Source: Armatimonadia bacterium
Lineage (GTDB): Bacteria > Armatimonadota > Zipacnadia > Zipacnadales > UBA11051
Assembly: GCA_039683575.1 (NCBI GenBank)
Contig: JBDKRC010000301.1
Location: 1 to 11,373, forward strand
Length of the DNA stretch: 11,373 nt
Direction: 5' to 3'
The translations under genes and the position numbers were made by a program. The notes under the pieces were generated by a model. The model ran no database searches, was not told the origin of the DNA, and was given only the letters and a program-made list of their open reading frames with translations. Shown piece by piece: positions 1 to 6,504 of this stretch; the stretch's first letter is position 1; each line of letters opens with the position of its first letter.

Positions 1-108
1 CAACTGAAGGGGCGCGAAACGGGCTGTAGAGGGCTTCTGGAGCCAAAATCCGGCAAAAAAGCAGATTCCGAAAGTCAAAGCTGAACTTCAACGCACGAGA
101 AGGGCCGG

Positions 109-738
109 TTGTTCAGCGGCTACATCAACGCAATCCTCGCAGCAATTCTGTTTCCGGACTTCGCCAAGGCCCGCGAGAAGGCGCGCCAGTCGAGTTGTTT
201 GAGCAACCTCAAGCAGATGGGCATCGCTGCGCTCGCGTACGCTCAGGACTATGACGAGATGTACATGTACGGCTTCTATCCTGGTGACTGTATGTGGGGG
301 CACAACCATCCTGGGGCCGAGGGCGTTGGCGTCGCCTATGGCTGGCCGACCTTTCTCAACCCCTATGTGAAAAACAGTCAGATCTTCGTCTGCCCGAGCG
401 CTCAGGTCACGCCATGCGCAGCGGCCAATGTCCGGTCAGGCATCACGAACGCCTATGGCATCAACTACGACGGCGTCTGCGGCAAGGCCATGGGTAGCAT
501 GGACAAGCCCGCCGAGAGGATGATCTTCCAGGACATGCAGAACTGGTTCGTCATCTCCGGGGCCGACCAGCAGGCCACCTGCTTCTCAAGCATGGGTACG
601 GGCCTGACCCGCCACAACGACGGCGCTAACGTCGCTTTCTGCGACGGCCATGCCAAGTGGCTTTCGGGCAGCACCATCAAGGGCAATGTGCCGACCACTG
701 GCTGGAGCGAGTTCCTGGGCCTCACGATCGTTCCGTAA
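109..738 (+). pseudogene. DUF1559 / H-X9-DG pilin-like protein, 5'-truncated (lacks the [10 protein letters not shown] prepilin cleavage/methylation motif)
   Basis: Translation has [29 protein letters not shown]...YAQDYDE, YVKNSQIFVCPS and C-terminal RHNDGANVAFCDGHAKW (H-X9-DG). Upstream in-frame sequence reads TSTHEKGRLFSGY after a TGA at 82-84, with no GFTLIELL. The only start before the conserved block is TTG 109. Confidence 0.8.
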
Positions 739-762
739 CGGCCAGCCACACTGTTTCGCAAA

Positions 763-800
763 CAAAGACGCCCCGGAAGCCTCCGGGGCGTCTTTGCCTT
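763..800. terminator. Bidirectional intrinsic terminator between convergent genes
   Basis: Perfect 15-bp stem CAAAGACGCCCCGGA (763-777) / TCCGGGGCGTCTTTG (782-796), 4-nt loop AGCC. The stem base is A-rich on the left and T-rich on the right. It lies between stops at 738 (+) and 820 (-). Confidence 0.85.
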
Positions 801-819
801 GTCTCGCTACGCTACGCGC

Positions 820-1068
820 TCAGCCTGTTGTGACAGGTTGCGGCGTCATGGGTGCCACCCGAGCCTCGTGCCAGAGCCTCACAACCCGCGGGTAGAGCGA
901 CAGCGAATAGAGCCCCGCCAGCCCTACCACCAGATACACAATCCGCGCGGCCAGGGTGCCAGTACCGAGAATGGCCGAGACCAGATTGAAGTTGAACGCT
1001 CCGACCAGGCCCCAGTTGAGGGCACCGATGATCACCAGCGTCAGTACAATCGCGTTCAGGGTCCGCAT
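820..1068 (-). CDS. DUF378 (YuzA-like) small membrane protein, 82 aa
   Basis: MRTLNAIVLTLVIIGALNWGLVGAFNFNLVSAILG...ARIVYLVVGLAGLY matches the DUF378 IIGALNWGL signature. Strong RBS GGAGGTG (complement of about 1075-1081) supports ATG at 1068 rather than the ORF-track start at 1122. Confidence 0.9.
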   Translation of the reverse strand: MRTLNAIVLTLVIIGALNWGLVGAFNFNLVSAILGTGTLAARIVYLVVGLAGLYSLSLYPRVVRLWHEARVAPMTPQPVTTG

Positions 1069-1186
1069 TGCTCTCACCTCCAGACCCATTGCTATACTAG
1101 CTGACCAAAGGCCGCAGCGCATTGTTCACGCGTCAGAGTGGTCCCCGCGGCCACTTTTCATGCCTTCCACAGCAGGCTGAGGGACT

Positions 1187-2248
1187 GTGCGCGTCCAATA
1201 TTCCCCCATGACCTCACGGATTGAAGCCAACCGCCGCTTTCTGACCGATCTCTTCTCCGGGCCCTTCCCCGGCCACGGGCTGATCATGGACCCCGTATGG
1301 CCCGCACGGCCGTGGCTGGAGGATTGCGCCATCTCGCCACTGCCGGTCGCCGATTGGGTCCCATGGGCGCTGCAGCGCTATGAGGCCATGCTGGCCTACC
1401 ATGAGGCGCTGGAGGACGATTCCGTGCCCTACGCGGGCCTGACGACGGGGACGGAGGTGTTTGCGGCGGCGTTTGGGTGCGACTGGCACCTGTTCGAGGG
1501 TAGCAACCCCGCCGCCATGCCGCTGGTGACCACCCCCGCCGAGGCCGACGCGCTGGAAGTCCCGGCGTTGACCGTGCGGCCGCTGGAGCGGCTGTTCGAG
1601 TGGGGCCAACTGCTCCGCGAACGCCTCGGGCCCGAGGTGCCGATTGGCATCCCCGACATCCAGAGCCCGTTCGACATCGCGGCCCTGATCTGGAAGAAGG
1701 ATGCCTTCTACCTGGCGATGTACGAGGCCCCGGAGAGCGTCATGCGGCTCGTGGAGAAGTGCACGAGCCTGCTCAAGAGCTTCCTGCAGGAGTTCGTCCG
1801 CCAGTTTCCGGAGTGCAACCTGATCCACTGCCCCAACTGCTGGGCCCCGCCGGCGCTGGGCTGCTCGCTGTCCGAGGACGAGGCGGGGTGCCTGAGCCCG
1901 GGGATGTTCGAGGACTTCTGCCTGCCGTCGCTATTGGACCTGAGTGAGACGTTCGGCGGGCTGTTCATGCACTGTTGTGCGACAGCGGACTACCAGTATG
2001 AGAACTTCAAGAAGATCCCGCGGCTGCGGGGGCTGAACCGGGTTTTCCAGGCACCAGGGCCGGGACCGGCCATAGAGGCGTTTGAGGGGCAGACAGTGCT
2101 GGTGCAGGCGTGGATGGACGAGGCGACCATCAAGGCGATGGTAAAGCAGGCGCGGCCGGAGAGCCGATTCCTGTTCAACGTGCCGGGGCAGCCGCTGGAG
2201 GAGGCTAAGGGGACGCTGGAGAGGTTGCGGCGGGTGGTGGGGCGGTAG
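1187..2248 (+). CDS. Uroporphyrinogen decarboxylase / MtaA-CmuA-like TIM-barrel family protein
   Basis: Motifs PDIQSPFDIAALIW, FYLAMYEAPESV, SLSEDEAGCLSPGMFEDFCLP and LFMHCC are typical of the URO-D/methyltransferase superfamily. Start is uncertain (GTG 1187 or ATG 1208). Confidence 0.75.
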   Translation: MRVQYSPMTSRIEANRRFLTDLFSGPFPGHGLIMDPVWPARPWLEDCAISPLPVADWVPWALQRYEAMLAYHEALEDDSVPYAGLTTGTEVFAAAFGCDWHLFEGSNPAAMPLVTTPAEADALEVPALTVRPLERLFEWGQLLRERLGPEVPIGIPDIQSPFDIAALIWKKDAFYLAMYEAPESVMRLVEKCTSLLKSFLQEFVRQFPECNLIHCPNCWAPPALGCSLSEDEAGCLSPGMFEDFCLPSLLDLSETFGGLFMHCCATADYQYENFKKIPRLRGLNRVFQAPGPGPAIEAFEGQTVLVQAWMDEATIKAMVKQARPESRFLFNVPGQPLEEAKGTLERLRRVVGR

Positions 2249-2324
2249 TCCAAGGAGAATGCGCCTCTTTTGCCGAATCTGGTGATGCATCTGGGCGGTC
2301 TGGCGGCTCAAAGAGGCGGCTTAG

Positions 2325-2355
2325 TTGCACGTACGAGCTTACCCAATGCTATGAT
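2325..2355 (+). promoter_or_regulatory. Putative sigma70-type promoter for the amidohydrolase gene
   Basis: Extended -10 TGcTATGAT (2347-2355), with TTGCAC at 2325-2330 (19-nt spacer, longer than optimal). It sits 40 nt upstream of ATG 2395. Confidence 0.5.
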
Positions 2356-2394
2356 TTGGGCCCGAAATGGCTCATCACATGAAGAGGGATTCCC

Positions 2395-3198
2395 ATGATA
2401 ATTGACGCTCATCACCACCTCCCTGCGGAGGACCCTGAGGGGTATGTTGCCAAGCTTCGGGCCGAGGCTGGCCGGCTTGGGATTGATCGGGTAGTTATTT
2501 GCAGCGCCGGACCGCCGGAGTGGGCTTCTAATGAGAAAGTCGCCGAGATGCAGCATGCTAATCCGGACCTGCTGATCGGGCTCGGGTACCTGCAACTGGG
2601 GGCCGTGACCGTTAAGGATGTGGACCGCGTCTATGACCTGGGGCTCAAGGGGCTCAAGTTCATCTGGCCCCTGAAGAACTATGATGATGATGAGTTCTTG
2701 CCCATCTACGACCGGGCCTGCGCGCTGGGGCTGCCGGCCTTGTTCCATCTGGGGATTGTGGCGCGAGAGCCGGGCCAGCATTTGAAGGATGTGTCCATGG
2801 CCCGGATGCGGCCCGTGTTCCTGGACCGCATCGCGCGGCGGTTGCCGGAGTTCAACATCATCGGGGCGCACTATGGCAACCCGTGGTATGAAGAGGCCGC
2901 GGAGTTGGCGCGGATGCACCCGAACGTGTATTTTGACCTGACCGGCTCGACGCTGAAGAAGAAGCGGCCGGAGTATTTTGAGGAGCTGCTGTGGTGGGGG
3001 CGGAACGAGCAGTATGGCCGGATGGGTAACAACCACCCGTACCAGAAGCTGCTGTTCGGGACGGACGTGGACGTTGAGATGATGGAAGATGTGCACGGGG
3101 ATTATATGGAGGTGCTGGATCACCTGCAAATGGAGGAGGGGTTCCGGTCGCTGGTGATGGGTGGGACGGCGGCGCGGATATTTGGGGTCGAGGAGTAG
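2395..3198 (+). CDS. Amidohydrolase family protein (Amidohydro_2 type metal-dependent TIM barrel)
   Basis: IIDAHHH (HxH), GLKGLK, PALFHLG, IIGAHYG, NVYFDLT and KLLFGTD motifs. GAGGG RBS upstream. Confidence 0.9.
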   Translation: MIIDAHHHLPAEDPEGYVAKLRAEAGRLGIDRVVICSAGPPEWASNEKVAEMQHANPDLLIGLGYLQLGAVTVKDVDRVYDLGLKGLKFIWPLKNYDDDEFLPIYDRACALGLPALFHLGIVAREPGQHLKDVSMARMRPVFLDRIARRLPEFNIIGAHYGNPWYEEAAELARMHPNVYFDLTGSTLKKKRPEYFEELLWWGRNEQYGRMGNNHPYQKLLFGTDVDVEMMEDVHGDYMEVLDHLQMEEGFRSLVMGGTAARIFGVEE

Positions 3199-3221
3199 CG
3201 GAAACAGAGGGGAGAGCTTGT

Positions 3222-3279
3222 CAGGATAGACAGGATGAAGGCCTGATTAACAGGATATAAGGATTCAAGGATATGAGGA
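3222..3279 (+). repeat. Short AGGAT (CAGGAT-type) direct repeat cluster
   Basis: AGGAT at 3223, 3232, 3252, 3260 and 3268, plus AGGAC at 3276. Spacing is mostly 8-9 nt. Confidence 0.75.
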
Positions 3280-3292
3280 CGGGAGGCGTTTG

Positions 3293-4504
3293 ATGGAGCA
3301 GATTCGTGTTGGGATGGTGGGGGCGGGGTTTGCGGCGGATTTTCATGTTGAGGCGTTCCGGCAGGTCAAGGGTGTGGACTGCCCGGTCGTGGCGGTGACT
3401 TCGGCGCGGGCGGAGAGCCGGGAGGCTTTTGCGCGCAAGCATCATATTGACGGTGTGTACGCCTCGGTTGAGGAGATGCTGGAGAAGGCCGAGGTGGATG
3501 TGCTCGATGTGTGCGTGCCGACCAATATGCATGCCCCGGTGTCGCTTTTGGCGGCGCAGGCGGGCAAGCATGTGATTGTGGAGAAGCCCTTCACGGGGTA
3601 TACGAAGGAGCTTTGGGACGGCGAGGGCGGGGAGTGGGATGGGGACGTGCCGCTGATCGGCAAGTTCGTGGACCGGCGGGTGATGCTGGACTCGGTGGTG
3701 GCGCAGTGCGATGAGGTTGAGAAGGCCCTGGGCGACGCCGGGAGCAAGTTCTGCTATGCCGAGAACTGGGTCTATGCGCCGGCAGTGCAGAAGGCGCGGC
3801 GGCTGATCGAGGCGGGGAAGGGAACGGTGCTGCGGCTTCTGGCCGAAGAGAGCCACTCGGGCAGCCATGCCTCATACGCGAAGTACTGGGCGCTGGCCGG
3901 GGGCGGGTCGCTGCTGCGGACGGGGTCGCATCCCATCGGCGGGGTCTGCTATATCAAGCAGGCGGAGGGGCTGGCGAAGTATGGCAAGCCGATCAGGCCC
4001 AAGTCAGTCATGGCCGAGACGGCGTTTTTGACGAAGGTGGAGAGCTACCTGGCCGAGCCGAAGCGGCACGTGGGTGGGGTGCTGGCAGACTGTGAGGACT
4101 GGGGCGCGGCTTACATCACCTTCGAGGATGGCACGGTGGCGGATGTCTGCTCTTCGGACGTGGTGCTGGGCGGGGTGTATAACCACATGCAGATCTTCCT
4201 GTCCAACGGGCGGATCAAGTGCAACATGAACCCGATTGACGCCGTGATGGCGTACGGGCCGGCTGATGACAGCTTCGGCGAGGAGTACCTGGCCGAGAAG
4301 ATCAGCACCCGTCAGGGCTGGAACTATGCCTCGCCGGACGAGCACTGGGCGAGCGGGTATCACCAGGAGATTCAGGACTTCATGGGGGCGATAGCGGAGG
4401 GGCGGGAGCCGCTGAGCGGGTGGACGCTGGCGCGGGATGTGACGGCGGTGATCTTCGCGGCGTACGTATCGGCTTGGGAGGGGCGGCGGGTGGAGGTGCC
4501 GTGA
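3293..4504 (+). CDS. Gfo/Idh/MocA family NAD(P)-dependent oxidoreductase
   Basis: IRVGMVGAGFAA Rossmann motif, DVCVPTNMH, AGKHVIVEKP, GGGSLLRTGSH and CEDWG. RBS GGAGG at 3282-3286 favours ATG 3293. Confidence 0.92.
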   Translation: MEQIRVGMVGAGFAADFHVEAFRQVKGVDCPVVAVTSARAESREAFARKHHIDGVYASVEEMLEKAEVDVLDVCVPTNMHAPVSLLAAQAGKHVIVEKPFTGYTKELWDGEGGEWDGDVPLIGKFVDRRVMLDSVVAQCDEVEKALGDAGSKFCYAENWVYAPAVQKARRLIEAGKGTVLRLLAEESHSGSHASYAKYWALAGGGSLLRTGSHPIGGVCYIKQAEGLAKYGKPIRPKSVMAETAFLTKVESYLAEPKRHVGGVLADCEDWGAAYITFEDGTVADVCSSDVVLGGVYNHMQIFLSNGRIKCNMNPIDAVMAYGPADDSFGEEYLAEKISTRQGWNYASPDEHWASGYHQEIQDFMGAIAEGREPLSGWTLARDVTAVIFAAYVSAWEGRRVEVP

Positions 4505-4522
4505 GGCGAGGAACGGCGAGAC

Positions 4523-4562
4523 TTAACAGGATGTACAGGATAGAGGCAAGGATGGGAAGGAT
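4523..4562 (+). repeat. Second AGGAT direct repeat cluster
   Basis: AGGAT at 4528, 4537, 4549 and 4558. Shares TTAACAGGAT exactly with 3247-3256. Confidence 0.75.
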
Positions 4563-4614
4563 AAGTGGGAGAGAGGGGCGGTGAGGAGCGAGAAACGGAA
4601 TGCCAACCAGGGCT

Positions 4615-4691
4615 TGTCATTCTGAGCGAAGCGAAGAATCCCCCGGTAGCGAGGGGATCCTTCGTCGCATACGGCGCTTCTCAGGATGACA
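4615..4691. mobile_element. GTCAT...ATGAC palindromic miniature element (REP/MITE-like), copy 1
   Basis: Ends TGTCATTCTGAG / CTCAGGATGACA are near-perfect inverted repeats. Inner arms are CGAAGAATCCCC / GGGGATCCTTCG. Mobility is inferred. Confidence 0.75.
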
Positions 4692-4714
4692 CGGTTTGTC
4701 GTTGATGATTAGTG

Positions 4715-4760
4715 AGACAAAGAGAGGGAGAGGCTTTGGAGGCCTCTCCCTTTTGTCTTT
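4715..4760 (+). terminator. GC-rich hairpin followed by T-run (terminator-like / REP-like), copy 1
   Basis: AGGGAGAGGC (4725-4734) / GCCTCTCCCT (4742-4751), extendable by AGACAAA / TTTGTCT, followed by TTTTGTCTTT. It lies downstream of the + strand gene run. Confidence 0.55.
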
Positions 4761-4797
4761 CCTATCCTCAGCGACAGACGGGATGCCAACCAGGGCT

Positions 4798-4874
4798 TGT
4801 CATTCTGAGCGAAGCGAAGAATCCCCCGGTAGCGGGGGGATCCTTCGTCGCATACGGCGCTTCTCAGGATGACA
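4798..4874. mobile_element. GTCAT...ATGAC palindromic miniature element, copy 2
   Basis: Identical to 4615-4691 except for one base. Confidence 0.75.
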
Positions 4875-4905
4875 CGGTTTGTCGTTGATGATCAGTGATG
4901 CAAAG

Positions 4906-4936
4906 AGAGGGAGAGGCTTTGGAGGCCTCTCCCTCT
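4906..4936. repeat. GGGAGAGGC hairpin, copy 2
   Basis: 12-bp stem AGAGGGAGAGGC (4906-4917) / GCCTCTCCCTCT (4925-4936). Confidence 0.7.
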
Positions 4937-4963
4937 GTGGTTCTGATGAGTTGCACGACGACA

Positions 4964-4988
4964 GGCGCGGTCTGGTGACCGCTCCTAC
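4964..4988 (-). repeat. GTAG-type REP
   Basis: Minus strand reads GTAG-GA-GCGGTC-ACCA-GACCGC-GCC, a GTAG tetranucleotide followed by a hairpin. It lies 20 nt past the PMM stop. Confidence 0.7.
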
Positions 4989-5008
4989 AGGCGGCGTTGC
5001 TGGGGAGC

Positions 5009-6394
5009 CTAGTCCGGGTCGCGGTTGGTTACCTGCTTCAGAAGGCCGAGGAGCTCTTCGCCAATGCGGTCGCGTTCTTCGGTGCCGCAGCCTTCCCAGC
5101 GGACTACGAGTTGCGGGCGGGTCTGGCTGGCGCGGAAGAGCGCCCACCCGTTTTCCATCTCCACTCTGGCCCCGTCGGTCTCGTTGATCTCGTACTTCCC
5201 CCGGTAGTGTGACTTGGCCGCTTCGACGTAGCCTGTGATTTGCTCGGGCGGAGTGCCGTCGGGCCAGGTGTAGCGGACTTCGGGCGACGGAATCCACTTG
5301 TCCTTGAGCGGCTGGACGAGGTCGTGGAGCGTCTGATCGGTGCGGGAGAGGCTGCAGATTAGCCGGCCGGCGCCGAAGGTGGCGTCGTCGAACTTGATGT
5401 ACGGGTCCTTGAAGTAGCAGTGGCCGGTGGTCTCAAAGCCGACGGCTGCGGAGGTTTCGGCCATGCGCTTGAGGATGAACGGGTAGCCGCAGGCGGCCAT
5501 CTCGAGCTTGCCGCCGCGTTCTTCTACGAATTCGATGATGGCGCGCGAGCAGCGGACTTCGCTGACGGCAGTGGCAGCGCCCTTGCGCAGGATGTCGGCG
5601 CAGATCGGGACCATGTAGAGGTCGGGCATGAGGAAGTGGCCGAGGTGGTCAATGACGGCGATGCGATCGCCGTCGGCGTCAATGGCCACGCCGAGATCGG
5701 CGCCGGTGTCGGTCACACGGTCGGCCAGGACGCTGATGTGCTCGGGGACCAGGGGGTCGGGAGAGCGGTGCGGAAAGTGGCCGTTGGGCTCCGGGAAGAG
5801 CGTCTCAACCTCGCAGCCGAGGTCGCGCAGGAGCCTGGGAGCCGTGAGGGTGCCGCAGCCGTTGCCGACGTCGACGACAACCTTCATGGGACGGGAGAGC
5901 TCGAGGCGGCCGAGGGCGGTCTCGAAGTACTCGGGCCAGACGTCGCGGCGCTCATAGGTGCCTGTGCCCGACATGAAGCTGCCCTGACGGGCCTCGTGCT
6001 CAAGCTCGAGTAGCTGGTTGCCATAGAAGGGGCCATCGCCCCAGCGGAGCTTCATACCGTTGTACTGGGGCGGGTTGTGGGAGGCGGTTATGCCGATGCC
6101 GCCCTGGGCGGCCCACTGGCCGATGGCGAAGTACACGACGGGCGTGGGACACTCGCCGATGTCTATGACATCGCAGCCGGTGGCGCGCAGGGCTTCCATG
6201 GCAACGGCGGCGAATTCCTGGGAGGTGACGCGCAGGTCACGGCCGATGACCAGCGTGGGCCGCTCGTAGTGCTTGCGAAAGCGGGTGCCGAAAGCGGTGG
6301 CGATGAGGCGGATGCTGTCGGGGGTGAGTTGATCGCCGACGGTGCCGCGGATGTCGTACGCGTGGAAGATATTTGCGTCCAGATGGGGCTGCAT
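5009..6394 (-). CDS. Phosphomannomutase/phosphoglucomutase (alpha-D-phosphohexomutase, AlgC/ManB-like)
   Basis: IFHAYDIRG, ITASHNPPQYNG (catalytic phosphoserine), DADGDR (metal loop), GFETTGH (sugar loop) and DGARV...LFRASQT (phosphate loop). RBS AGGAGG (complement 6401-6406) supports ATG 6394. Confidence 0.93.
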   Translation of the reverse strand: MQPHLDANIFHAYDIRGTVGDQLTPDSIRLIATAFGTRFRKHYERPTLVIGRDLRVTSQEFAAVAMEALRATGCDVIDIGECPTPVVYFAIGQWAAQGGIGITASHNPPQYNGMKLRWGDGPFYGNQLLELEHEARQGSFMSGTGTYERRDVWPEYFETALGRLELSRPMKVVVDVGNGCGTLTAPRLLRDLGCEVETLFPEPNGHFPHRSPDPLVPEHISVLADRVTDTGADLGVAIDADGDRIAVIDHLGHFLMPDLYMVPICADILRKGAATAVSEVRCSRAIIEFVEERGGKLEMAACGYPFILKRMAETSAAVGFETTGHCYFKDPYIKFDDATFGAGRLICSLSRTDQTLHDLVQPLKDKWIPSPEVRYTWPDGTPPEQITGYVEAAKSHYRGKYEINETDGARVEMENGWALFRASQTRPQLVVRWEGCGTEERDRIGEELLGLLKQVTNRDPD

Positions 6395-6436
6395 GGGGCG
6401 CCTCCTCATTCAGGCCAGGTCTATTGGCGAGGATAG

Positions 6437-6501
6437 GTCAGCCAGAGCAGAGCGAAGGATCTCCGGTGGCGGGGGGATGCTTCACTTCGTTCAGCATGAC
6501 A
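6437..6501. mobile_element. Diverged third GTCAT...ATGAC palindromic element
   Basis: GTCAGCCAGAGCAGAGCGAAGGATCTCCGGTGGCGGGGGGATGCTTCACTTCGTTCAGCATGACA has the same architecture as the copies at 4615 and 4798, and a similar central CCGGT(A/G)GCGGGGGGAT. Confidence 0.7.
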
Positions 6502-6504
6502 AGA

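Larger units (their letters stand above)
4600..4934. repeat. Tandem duplication, period 183 bp (4600-4751 vs 4783-4934)
   Basis: Two 152-bp copies differ at only 4 positions by manual alignment (4652/4835, 4710/4893, 4716-4717/4899-4900). Each copy holds one GTCAT...ATGAC element and one GGGAGAGGC hairpin. Confidence 0.95.

Noticed and set aside
80..117. Integron attC-like site (GCTGAAC...GTTCAGC inverted repeat)
   Set aside because: The match is only 7 bp, does not fit RYYYAAC/GTTRRRY, and has no internal L-box pairing.
1187..2248. Assigning hemE
   Set aside because: The protein lacks the N-terminal W.MRQAGR motif of true uroporphyrinogen decarboxylases and has no tetrapyrrole gene context.
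2308..3129. Long antisense ORFs (also 1214-1828, 3221-3868, 5420-6013, 6955-7704, 9773-10630)
   Set aside because: They lie opposite genes with clear family motifs, which is expected from GC-rich codon bias. They contain no recognisable motifs.
4600..4934. CRISPR array
   Set aside because: There are only two 152-bp near-identical units, with no short repeats separated by unique spacers and no cas genes.
4800..5297. 165-aa minus-strand ORF and the overlapping 4879-5187 plus-strand ORF
   Set aside because: They overlap the PMM 3' end and run through the palindromic repeats. Their composition is Arg/Pro/Gly-rich and low-complexity, so they are treated as shadow ORFs.
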